DNA of 63,275 nt, the filler included, from Chiloscyllium plagiosum (lineage: Eukaryota): assembly GCF_004010195.1 (NCBI RefSeq). It is 4 parts of one record of this genome, joined end to end, with 100 filler letters (N's around TTAATTAATTAA, not from the genome) between each part and the next. Parts side by side here need not be neighbours in the genome. Positions count along the whole stretch, not along the records: positions 37,760 to 60,430 come from NC_057713.1; positions 60,531 to 63,275 come from NC_057713.1; 2 more parts are not named here. One strand, written 5' to 3'. The notes beneath the pieces are model-generated. The model searched no databases, had not been told where the DNA came from, and worked only from the letters and a program-made list of their open reading frames with translations. The position numbers were made by a program, and so were the translations under genes. Numbering within the stretch: position 1 is the stretch's first letter; the number at the start of each line of letters is the position of its first letter. Of the stretch, positions 51,681 through 63,275 are shown piece after piece.

Positions 51681-52138
51681 CCATGTTCTTGAATAAAGCA
51701 TGTTGGTCTTCTAGAGGGTGAAAATGTGGAGTTAATAGAAGATATTAAAGAGATGACAGATGTACTGAATAAGTCTGTCTTCATTATAGAGCAAAGTCCA
51801 ACTTTGGCACTGGTCCCCAGATGTTAGTAAGAAGTAAGCAGGTTTGACAGGGCTGACTTTGCTGTGATCCATCTGGTTTTGTTTCTTCCTCTCACTTTGT
51901 AGTTGGTTTTGTATGATTTGAGCTGTTTCAGAGACCATTTAAGAATTGCTGACATTACTGTGGGTCGGGAGTCCCACAAAGGCCCCAAAACAGATGGATT
52001 TTTACAACAATCATGATTGTTTCACAGTTGCCATTAGATTTGCTTTTAATTCCATATTTAATAATTGATTTCAAATTTCACCATCTTCTTTGGCATTTGA
52101 ACCCATTACCCTAAACATTAGCCTGGTCTTCTGGGTTA

Positions 52139-52360
52139 GAATGGTGCTGGATAAGCACAGCAGTTCAGGCAGTATCCGAGGAGCAGGAAAATCAACGTTT
52201 CGGGCAAAAGCCTTCATCAGGAAGGGCCTCATTCCTGATGAAGGGATTTAGCCCGAAACGTTGATTTTCCTGCTCCTTGGATGCTGCTTGAACTGCTGTG
52301 CTTATCCAGCACCACTCTAATCTTGACTCTGATCTCCAGCATCTGCAGTACTCACTTGCA
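52139..52360. mobile_element. Penelope family A palindromic mini-insertion, 17-bp TSD (1 mismatch), divergent hammerheads
   Basis: Arms at 52136-52223 and 52232-52320, 40-bp tail. TSD cctg(g/a)tcttctgggtta at 52122-52138 and 52361-52377. + strand core CTGATGA at 52235, GAAACGTT at 52255-52262. Confidence 0.88.
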
Positions 52361-53874
52361 CCTGATCTTCTGGGTTACCAGTCCAATTTATTATGATCTC
52401 AGACTACACTGCCAAATTTGTTAGAATCTGGCTTAGACCAGTAACTTTTTTTTGAAACATACACAAAGTATCATATCTTCAGGTACTAACTATAAAACTA
52501 AAACCACTCGAGGACTAAAAGATTTCATGGTTTTCAACACTAAGCAATAAACTTTACTAGTTAAAAAGTTAAAACAGTAATATAGTATGCAATCTAACAT
52601 CCAGCGTTAACCTGAAGTCAATATAGTTTACAGACACACTGTGATTAAACTCCACGAAGTACATCAAGTTGCATATGTGGATCAGACACATCCCATGGAT
52701 TTCTCAGGAACCTTCAACCCCTCCCCTACCCTTCAAATGTTAGGATAGTGTGGGTCACCAAATATTATTGAAATTTTACAAGAGATTCTTGTCCTTCTCT
52801 TTTGCAGACTTAGCTTTGGAAATCCCTCAAAAGCCAGTCTGTTGTGGACTGCCTCAATAACCGCTTATGCTCTGGTAGTTCATTTTCCTGAGCCTGTGCT
52901 CTTCTAAATTCTGGGCTCCAGAACTGCACTCCACTTAATCACAGGTACAACTCTGGCTTTTCACAGACCATGAGTTTCACCAAGCCTGTACTTAGTTTTT
53001 CCCTCATCTTTAAATTTACTCTGCTATACCAATCAAATTCTGCTTGTGAGCTTTTCAACTCCTACTTTCAGCTGCACTGAAATATTAATTTCTCCACACA
53101 AGGCCATTACGGTTTATGAATTTCTATTGAATACTAACTGTATAGCGGAATCCAACTGACCCTTGGACCTCTGTCTTAGCCCCAACAATACAGAGCCAGT
53201 GGCTTTTGAAACAGCACTTTTCTGCATAGACCCTGTTTTTGGCTCTGTCTGTAACTATTGCTGTTCAGTGACGCTGAAACTGCTGTTCAGTGAACATTCA
53301 GCTGTTTTCAGTGAACTGCTGAAATCTTGTAACAAGCCCATCCCTATTGCTGTGCAAAACTGAATATTGCAACCATCAAAGGAACTCAAATGTAACTAAG
53401 AGAAAGACCAAGTTTTCTGAATGTTACAATTTTCACAGATACTGCTTATACAGAAACTAATGGTTTCAAAAATGGATTTCATCACAGGTGATATCAACAC
53501 GCCAACAGCTGCTCTCAGTATCAACATGTATTTACTATGCATTATCTTTGCTGAGTCCAGATATTCATTAAGGCATTGAAACTGCTTTATCCCAGAGAGG
53601 ACATTGTTTCTTTTATAACTCTGGCATCTGATCCACTGTGAATTTCATGATGTTTATTTACACAAGGTAAAGTGGTTTCAAGTGCTTATATCTTGCAATA
53701 GATACTTTAAAGGGTCAGGATGATTGACACTTTTGTTGGACTTTGGTAATAGATATGTTTAACACATCCTGTTGTCACTATAAGGTTCATTTGTTTCAAA
53801 CAGAGTGATTGAAGCGGGTTGGTTAGGCCAGTTGGCTGGACAGCTGATTTGCAATGCAGAGTGATACCAACATA

Positions 53875-54240
53875 GAATATAGAACAATACAGCACAAGAA
53901 TAGGTCCTTTGGCCCACCATGTCTGAGCTAACCATGATGCTCTTCTAAACTAATTGTGTCTGTTTGCATGTGGTCCAAATATCTGTACTGCCTGCCTATT
54001 CATGAACCTATTGAAATGCATTATGAACTTTTCTGTTGTATTTGCTTCTAATGCCTACCTGGGCATCTACTACTCTCTGTGTAAAAACAACTTACCTGAC
54101 ACATTTCCTTTAAACTTTCCCTCTCTCACTTTAAACAATGGCCCTTAGTACCTGGCATTCCTACTCTGGGAAAGAGATTCCAATTATCCACCCTATCCAT
54201 GCCTTTCATAACTTTACATACTTCTATCAGGTCGCCCACA
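53875..54240 (-). mobile_element. Old CR1 3' fragment
   Basis: atagaacaatacagcaca tail; ccatgcctttcataactttac. Confidence 0.7.
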
Positions 54241-57200
54241 CTCGAGCAAAACCAATACAAGCTTGTTCAACATCTTATTCAGTCTGATCCAGACAACTGC
54301 ATGAGTTCAATTCATGCATCTGCTGAGGTTACCACAAAGACTTTTCTTCACAATCTCTACCTTGGCCTGAGGCATGGTGACTCTCAGATTAAATGACCAG
54401 CAGTTATCTCTCTTGAATGACCGAGCAGGCCATGGTCTGGTAAGACTATAGTGACTTTACTCGTAGGATTGAGTGGCGGAGAAGAATAATGACTTGGCAT
54501 GAAGGGTAGGGGTTAATGACATGAGGTGGTATGGATTAGATACCAGGTGGATGTGAGGGGTGAGGCCTAGGGCATCCTTAGTCCATCATATTGATGTAGG
54601 TCTAATGTTAGTCTTTTTTTCAAAAAATACATTCCTTCCTAAAATTTGTAACAAAACTAAATCTAAGTCCAACTGTTCTGTAATGTATATTAATGAGGTA
54701 TAAATTTCAACTGGTCTTGACACAGCATATTTTACTCAATATGATTGTCAAAGTTTTAATATTCCCCTTTAAGGAAGTCTATCTGTAATCCCTAACTGCT
54801 CAGAAATGTGATCAATAATTAACACCATGTAAAATGGCCAAGCAATCAACTTCGATTCAGGGCAGTTAGGGATAAACAATAAATGCTGACCTAACCTGTG
54901 ATGTCCACATTCCATGAAAGAATTTCATTGCAATCCTTCTCAACCTAACCTCACTTTGTGGCATGTGTCCCTCACACACAGTCCTTGGTATAGGCTGGAT
55001 AAGTGAAAGTCTATAGTTTTCACTCCCTATCTATACAAGCTACCATGTTGGATCTGGAATCAAATCTTTCTATTATTAGTTCATACTTCTGGCTTGTCAG
55101 TTCAGTAATAAAACAGCTAAACCGCTGTATTGTTCACATGCTGTTTTTAGCTGGTGTTCTATTGGATGACATTTATCTGGTGGTCTCCTAGCTGATTTAT
55201 GTTTTTGAAGTTAGGGTAATCACTATGTTCCATAATCATCAGACTAATATTTTATAAGGAATCAACTTGAGACTTTTATTGCATGGATTAATTTCTTACA
55301 ATGCAGAGTAGTTATGAGACAGTTACTCTGGGAGCAGTTGAAACTTGATTTTGTTTTCTGAAAGTATTTCTAAAGATGGCAATTTTGCTACAAATTGTCA
55401 GTAGGACTACCTATGCATGCATTATTGCCCATTTTTAGCTTGGCCTAGTTTTCCAGGAATTGTATTGCACAAATAATCACTAGTTTTACTCAGTTTATCA
55501 TTGTGTTTGCTTGGAGATAGCTGTACCATGATGACTTAAAAGAAATGAAGTATCCTTTTTGGTTTTTCCAAAATATAAACAAAATTGCTAAAGCTTTTCT
55601 TAGGCTGGGACATATTGTTAAATTAGTGATCTGAGGCATGAAGGGTAGTCTGCTACTGTAGTGTGTTTTTTTTCAGAATTAAATACCTGGATAATCTGTT
55701 GCTTGTTTTTGGGCTGAGGGTGATTATGCCGGATCCTGTCCATGGCAGTTGTGGGAAGGGGATTCGGCTTGTGTTGACAGTCTGCCATGAAAGTATTGGT
55801 GCTGGGTAGCAACAATATAAGGGAATATTCATGTTGGAATATGTGGGCTTGGAGATGATGACACTCCTGTGATATTGCTAATCTTGTCCTGAATGGTAGA
55901 GGGTCGGGAGAGGATGTCAAGTAAACATGCACTCTGGATAGTATGGGAAGGATGACTTGGAGAGGAGTGTGTTGAAGATTGAGTCTAGCAGCATGGAAGA
56001 TCATCAACAATACAAGATTACCATTGATGGTACCAAACTTGTTGAGTGTATTTTGAGCTACTTCCATCCATTCCTGGCAATGGTGAACTTTGGGGAAGAG
56101 TCTTTGAGAACTTGAGCCACTTACCAAAGACTGCAATTCCATTATAATTGCAGCATTGATATGTCTTGCCAAGTTCAGCTTTTGATCAGTCAGGATGCTG
56201 ACTGACAAACTCAATAATAGCAGCGCTGTTGCAGTTTGTAGAGGTAGTTAGACCTTTTCTTACTGGTGATTTGCAGACACCTATATAGCATGACAAAACT
56301 ACTACATCTTGGCCCCTAGGTCTTCCTTTACCTAGCACAAATTGTTAGAAGATCATTGAATGCAGAATGAACAACTGGGTACACAATAACCATCTTACAC
56401 AAACATACACAATTTCATGACCTAGATGAATTTGCGAATTCTCAGGGTGATTGGGGCTTATATAATTGAATAAGCAAGAGAATGTGATTGCTTGTGTTTC
56501 AGTCAGTGTACAGTGTGCATCTGCATTGGATTACTTATTCTGTGTTTATTTTTTGGAACAAATATTTCACTTAACAATCCCCAAACACTGCCTTGCTGAC
56601 TGAGAGATATTTTTGTAGACAGCTTTGCACTAAATAAAGAAAAGATGGGAAAGAAGTAGATGCTGTACAAGATCTTGTCCTATCCGGTGTACAATAGGGG
56701 CACAAAGGCTGAGATTTTGCATTTTTGTAGTGGTCCTCACAGTGCAGAATTATGTCTGAGCAATTCATAAGACAGGAACAATATAGATAATAAGGGAATA
56801 AGGAAAGGTGAAAGGATAGAAAGTGGAGTTAGGTTTTGGAAGGTTTTTTCAAACAGGAGTGATGTTCCAGTGGGAATAGAGTGCAAGAGAAAAAAAGTAG
56901 AGGATATGAGGGTAACATACTGGCTATGTTAGTGAGATAGGAATAAAAATGCCATCAGTTCAAATTCCACCATGATTAACCTGTATCTGACTCCTGAGGT
57001 TGCTCACCAATAAGCTCATCTTTAATTTCCCTTTGTGCTGGCCTATTATGCCACTGAGTTGGATCTACCTGGGATTCCCAACAATGGGAACATTCACAGT
57101 GGTGTTTTTAAACTAGTTTTATTGAGTGGACAGTGACTGCAGGATCCTACGCTGAACCAGGTTTAGATATAACCAGTATGAAAGTCAGGACGAAGATGTT

Positions 57201-57836
57201 GCCACTGGTAGGTGAATTACTTTGGTCCCTAGTAATTTTTGAGTGTGATTTGGAATGATTTTTGCAGATTTTGTTTATTTTGGCAGATAATGCTCACACT
57301 GTTGGTAGCCCTTGAAATTTAGTCAGGTTTTACTTTGAGACTATCACATTGTTTTTCTCATTTCTTATTTGGAACTGTGAGCAAGAAGAGAGAATTGAAC
57401 TTTAACAACAGCTTGTTTTAAGAAGAAACAAGATGATGTGCGTATGCAAACTGGTATGGAAAGATAATTGCTGGTAAATTATTGCTCTAAGAACAATGCA
57501 GATGTTTCAGCCCCAGGATGTTTAAAGCTCAAGTACTGCAGGCTGGTTGGATGTTGCATTGGCCAATCAAGGGAACGCTGGTGTTTGCCAGCCACAGAGA
57601 ATGTTGGAAAAAGAAAGAAACAGTAAAAACTGATTTTGCCTGGGTTTTTGGGGGCTGTATGCTTGGAAGCTGCTGGTCCAGAAGGTTTCTTTGTGTTTTA
57701 CGCTCTCTAACTTTGCATTCAGTTAAAGCATTGTTGATATTCCGAGAAAATAATTCCAACTTAGAAGAAATAAGTGAATATTCATCAGAACCTGTTGGAA
57801 GCTGTTTGCATTGCTTGGAATTCAAACAAGAGACAG

Positions 57837-60430
57837 TTTTTTTTTATAGATATTTTTATTAGAAATTTAACATTTTTACAAGTTTACAAAAATAAACAAA
57901 AGTCTCAAATACAAACATTGATATACAATTAAATCAAATATACAATAGCCAAAATTTAACAAAAGAGAAAAAAATACCGAAAAAGAAAAAAAAAACAAAA
58001 CTTAACTGTCTACTAATCTAACCTACAACTAACCAGAGTGTATATTTAAGTCTCTTACATGCTCGGAATGTGTTAACATCAAATGTAATAAAACCCGTAT
58101 TCGTGCGGGATTCCTCTCCTAAGGGGCCCCAGACCAGCCAGATTTGTAATCTCCATCAAATAAAAGCCCTTGTTAGGATAGCCGAAATATCTGTAATTCA
58201 AGAAGGGCTGCCATATTTTATAAAATAATTCGGTCTTTCGGTGCACCATATTTGTAGGGGAGTCAAGGGGAATACATTCCATAATTAATCTGTGCCAATT
58301 TGAAAGTCCAGGGGGGCCCTCAGCCACCCAGTTCACCAAAATATTTTTCCTTGCACAGAAAGAGAGAATAGAAAATAGTCTCTTCCCGTACATGTCCAGG
58401 GAGGAAAAGTTCGAAAAGCCCAAAAGGAGAGATACAGGGTCCACTTTAATTTCCATTCCTAAAATTTCTGTCAGGGTACTTGCTACTTTAGTCCAATATC
58501 TACAGATCTTATAACAGGTCCATAGGCAATGTACAAGAGTGCCCACCTCTATTTTGCATTTGGGACACATTGGAGACGCTCCTGCCTTAAACTTTGCCAG
58601 TCGAACCGGTGCTATATGGGCCCTATGAAGTATCTTCAGCTGGATAGCCTGGGTTCTGTTACAGATAGTAATTCTTCTAGCGTTTTCCCAAATATCATTC
58701 CATGTTTCTATAGAGATTTCTAGTCCCAAATCCTGATCCCATGTTTTAAGCATATTATCCATATCTCCCGAGACTTCATCATGTAGTAAATGATAAATAG
58801 TACTGACGGAAGATATCCCCACTGGTCGTAAGACACTACATTATTTATCTGATTTATAAAGACTATCTAATAACGTAGTCTTCTTCTGTGTATAGTCTCC
58901 AATTTGGAAGTATTGAAAGAGGTCTCCATTAGGTAATCCGAATTTCTGACGCAGCTGTTCAAAAGACATCAGGACCCCATCTTTAAATAGGTCCCCTGGA
59001 CATGAGATACCCCTGGATCTCCAGAGTTTATAAGTGACATCTGTAAATCCCAGTTGGAATCCCCATGCTCCCACTATCGGTGCATAGGGGGATGTTTTAT
59101 NNNNNNNNNNNNNNNNNNNNNNNNNNNNNNNNNNNNNNNNNNNNNNNNNNNNNNNNNNNNNNNNNNNNNNNNNNNNNNNNNNNNNNNNNNNNNNNNNNNN
59201 NNNNNNNNNNNNNNNNNNNNNNNNNNNNNNNNCGGCCCTTCATTAAGCTGAAGAAGCTACAGCTTCCACAGTGTAACTTAATAGGGAACTTCCCAGATTT
59301 TAGGAAATATCAGTTAAGTCCAATCCTCCCCTTGTCTGTGGAAGCTGTAGCTTAATGAGGGGCCGTCTATGATTCCAGATAAAGGAACCCAGCCAGCCAT
59401 ATAATTTACGTAGAGCCATCCTTGGCAGCATCACCGGAAGCATTCTCATAGGATATAGGAGACGGGGTAGGACATTCATTTTAATTAGTGCTATTCTACC
59501 CAACCAGGAAATTGGAAGGCGAACAGAACCACAGCAACGAGCACCCGAGCTACAAATCTTCTCGCAAACTTTGAATTGGAAGGTCTCCCCATCGCTGGAG
59601 GTCCTGCCTTATCCTTTCCAGTAAATGCACAAAATTAGCCTTATACAACTGACCAAATACTGGAGTAATAAAAATGCCTAAATATAAGAAGCCTTCCAGG
59701 GAACAACGAAAGGGAAAAAGGGATCCGTCCACTAAGTGGGGTATCATAGCAAGGCCACCCATTGGCATAGCCTCCGATTTTGAAAAATTAATTTTATAGC
59801 TTGAGAATGTGCTAAATGTATTAATAATTAGGCGAGGTACGGACATCAGAGGATTACTAAGGAATAGAAGAACATCATCTGCATAAAGGGTAATTTTATG
59901 TTTACCTGTACCAATCCTCGGGGCCGTTATATTAGGATCAGCTCGTATAACTTCTGCTAGTAGTTCAATTATTAGCGTAAATAACAATGGCGAGAGAGGA
60001 CATCCCTGACGGCAGCCCCTACCCACACTGAAGCTATCCGAACCTAATCCATTGGTAACCATAACTGCTTTGGTCATCATTATACAATGTTGAGACCCAT
60101 TTGGTAAACACCTGTCCAACACCAAACCTTTCCAATGTGTAAAACAAATATGACCATTCAACCGTATCAAATGCCTTTTCCGCGTCTAATGAAACTACTA
60201 CTCCTGGTATCTTTCCCTGATGACAGGCTTGAATCATATTCAAAACCCTTCTAATATTATTGGATGATCTACGGCCCTTAATAAACCCCGTCTGATCCTC
60301 CTTTATAATATATGGCAGTACCCTTTCTAGTCTCCGTGCTAACGTTTTAGAAAGGATTTTAAAATCTACATTTAGCAAGGATATTGGTCTGTATGACGTA
60401 CAATCTTCTGGATCCTTTCCTTTTTTTTAA
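57837..60430 (-). mobile_element. L1-clade LINE, ORF2 RT to poly(A) end, frameshifted
   Basis: LNVDFKILSK...QTGFIKGR, SLDAEKAFD, GCRQGCPLSPLLF, LYADDVLL, C-terminal CPKC...HCLWTC knuckle. AATAAA and A-rich tail at ~57837-57861 (-). Confidence 0.92.
59520..59573. mobile_element. 54-bp insertion with 10-bp TSD in L1 ORF2
   Basis: aattggaagg at 59510-59519 and 59574-59583. Removing the insert restores WGDLPISWLGRIALIKM. Confidence 0.8.
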
Positions 60431-60530
60431 NNNNNNNNNNNNNNNNNNNNNNNNNNNNNNNNNNNNNNNNNNNNTTAATTAATTAANNNNNNNNNNNNNN
60501 NNNNNNNNNNNNNNNNNNNNNNNNNNNNNN
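60431..60530. other. Artificial contig linker
   Basis: 44N-TTAATTAATTAA-44N. Confidence 0.95.
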
Positions 60531-60670
60531 CCTCCTTCCCTCTCTCGCTCCTCTCCCTCTCCCCCACCTCCTCTTCTTCCCTCTCTCGCTCCTCTCCCTC
60601 TCCCTCCCACACCTCCTCTTCCTCCCTCCCTCTCCCCCACTTCCTCTTCCTCCCTCCCTCCCTCTCCTGT
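60531..60670 (+). repeat. CT-rich low-complexity polypyrimidine tract
   Basis: Directly visible at the contig start. Confidence 0.85.
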
Positions 60671-61879
60671 CCAATGAATGGAATGTGAATATCAATGGAA
60701 AGATAATGAATTGTAATTTAGGGATGAAACTGCATAATTTCTTTAAAGTGGGATTAAGAAAAAACAAAAAGCATCTCTGTCTTGAATATGCTGATAAATG
60801 GTGTACAAGCAATGATCCAGCCACAGTTAGTGCTGGAGTTTGGAGCAAACATGATCGAGAGGGTGTTCTAAGAGTAAGAACATAAGAACGAGGAACAGGA
60901 GGAGTCAATGCAGCCCCTTGAGCCTGTTTCAGTAAGATCACAGTCAATGCTCAACCACATCCCCACTCTTTTACTTGATTTCCGGACTTTTTGATTCCCC
61001 TAGAGTCCAAAATCTGACTATCTTAGCCTTAAATATCCTGAACGAGTAAGCATCCTCTGCGGTCGGGAATTTCAAAGATTCCTAACCCTCTGAGTGGGTG
61101 AAGTGTGCAGCATGAATTTACCAGAATTATGCTGGGAGTGATAAACCATAATTAAAAGGAAAGCATCGAGCTGAGAAGGCTGAGAGAATTAATCCAGGTT
61201 TTCAAAATTATGAAGTGCTTAGATTGAATGAATGGTGTTGATTTTTTTTAAACAGTTGGAAAATCTGTGACAAGAAATCACCAATTTCAAGTTGTTACTG
61301 AGAAGATATTTCTTCATGCAATGAGTTGTTCAAGCATAGGATGCTTTTCCACAGGGAATAGCTGCAGCAGAGACTGTTGTATCTTCCGGGGAACCATAGG
61401 TAATTTGAAAACAAGGAAGCTACACACTATGGGCAGAAAGCAGGGCAATGTGATTAATTTTAAATTGCTTAAGGCAGGGACTGGTGGAGGTGCTGATAGC
61501 TGGACAATATTAGGAACTGGACAGGGATGTCAATCAAACAGCAGCAGCACATAACAGCTAACTCTTGAGAAGCATTTTGCACACAGTTCCCTAAGATCAG
61601 AAATGAGGGCAATACTGACAGAAGAAAAATAGTCGGAACGCGACAAAGAAAAGTCTGTCGCCCACTCAAAATGATTATGGTGAACTGTTGACACAACAAG
61701 GTGCATGCAAGCCCTTGTTTTAAATAGTGTAACTATTTAGTCAAAAATAATATCCACCATTATATGAACTGGGCAATTTGTATTAATCTTACAACTGATG
61801 ATAGCCACACCAGTTATAAACATCACCTGTAACAAATCCGGTTCACAAAGTAATGGACAAAGTGGATGGAAAAAAACAG

Positions 61880-63275
61880 TCAAAACAACAGCAGTTTTAA
61901 AAGGGAGAAGAGCAGACAAAGGAAGCACATGGTGAGGTCAGTGCAGGAGAGAGAGAGAACCTGCACAGTTACTGCCTTTGCTGTTTGAATTCGTGTATCG
62001 CGGGACATCGGAGTGCATCTGGGAAAATTAACAAACAGTGAAATTCACAACTAATCTTGGAGGAATTGTTGGGCGAAGTTCACAGCACAGAATCAGATAA
62101 GTTAATCGTTGTTTTAAGTCTGTCCAAGAGAAAGGCTGTATTAGTGAGAAGAGTGGGTTCTTTCTTGATTATTATGTTTTTAGAGATAAGTTTTAGATTA
62201 GATTACATTACAATGTGGAAACATTACAATGTACAAAGTCTCTTGATTAAACTTAAATATAAGCCACAGCTATTAACTTAACCTGGGGCAGTGTTTGTAG
62301 AGGAATAAGACGGTGTTATTTTCTGGGTCTGTAGATTGTGAAGGAGCAAAAATGGCCTTTGCAGTGATATGTACTTCTTGTCAGATGTGGGAGTTTAAAG
62401 AGAGTTTAAGAGTTACTGCGGATTATATCTGCCATAAATACTGTTAGTTGTGAATCTTATCAGATTGAGTGGATCGGTTAGAGAGACAGATAGATGCGAA
62501 GAGGAATTTGCAACAGCAACAGTATGTGATAGATGGCAGTTATAGGAAAGGGGGAAAGTCTCAGATACAGTCACATAGATGGGTTAACTCCAGGAAGGGT
62601 AAGAGAGATAGGCAGCGAGAGCAGGAGTCTTTTGTGGATATACCCATTTCAACAGGTATGCTGTTTTGGAAAATGTAGGGGGTGATGGATTCTCAGGGGA
62701 ACGTAGCAAGAACATCCAAGTTTCTGGTATTGAGACTGGCTCTAATGCAACGAGGGGTACATCAGCTTCCAATTGTGTTAGGGGATTCTGTAGTCCGAGG
62801 TACACACATACGTTTCTGTGGCCAGCAGAGAAAAAGCAGAATGGTGTGTTGTTTCTCATCAAGGATGTCTCAGAGAGGGTGCAGAATGTTCTCACGGGGG
62901 AGAGGGGCCAGCAAGAGGTCATTTTCCACATTGGAACCAATGGCATAGGAAGGGAAAAGGGTGAGATCCTGAAGGGAGATTACAGAGAGTTAGGTAGAAA
63001 TTTAAAAAGAAGGTCCTCAAGGGTAGTAATATCTGGATTACTCCCAGTGCTACGAGCTATGAGGGCAGGAATAGGAGGATAGAACACATGAATGCATGGC
63101 TGAGGAGCTGGTGTATGGGAGAAGGATTCACATTTTTTGGATCATTGGAATCTCTTTTGGGGTAGAGATTACCTGTACAAGAAGGACAGATTGCACCTAA
63201 ATTGGAAGGGGACTAATATACTGGCAGGGAAATTTGCTAGAACTGCTTGGGAGGATTTAAACTAGTAAGGTGGGG
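61880..63275 (+). mobile_element. CR1 LINE 5' UTR + ORF1 (Zn-finger/coiled coil + SGNH esterase), pseudogenised; ORF1 ~62352-63265
   Basis: MAFAVICTSCQMWE...YICHKYC, VDRLERQIDA, VLGDSVVRG, VIFHIGTN, DRLHLNWKG; stops and frameshifts present. Confidence 0.88.

Noticed and set aside
55618..56214. 198-aa minus-strand ORF
   Set aside because: No recognisable protein; it overlaps what looks like a decayed LINE remnant.
48134..60430. SNAP47 next coding exon
   Set aside because: No segment encoding the expected LLTELESP.WWPF-like continuation was seen; it is presumably beyond the contig or window.

Overview
Repeat-dense eukaryotic DNA, most likely from a cartilaginous fish (shark). The inference rests on HE1-type V-SINEs, their CR1/HER1-type partner LINEs and Deu-domain SINEs. 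The window is four pieces joined by artificial 100-bp linkers (44 N + TTAATTAATTAA + 44 N), so adjacency across the linkers is not guaranteed. One host gene is recognisable, SNAP47 (+): its first coding exon is 47573-48133 (ATG 47634), with a candidate non-coding exon 1 (~38080-38219) and a GC-rich promoter built from a 37-bp tandem array. Each unit of that array carries a GC-box plus a TGATTGACAG (PBX-PREP/MEIS-type) motif. The rest is mostly fossil transposons: CR1, L1, RTE, Gypsy, Harbinger, SINEs and at least two Penelope-like families. The most interesting signal is about 14 minimal hammerhead-ribozyme-like motifs, intact or decayed, in the Penelope termini. Several sit in 93-222 bp non-coding insertions with 12-17 bp target-site duplications, most of them hairpin-shaped with a constant 39-40 bp tail, and they cluster in SNAP47 introns. 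All family assignments are by motif recognition; no searches were run.
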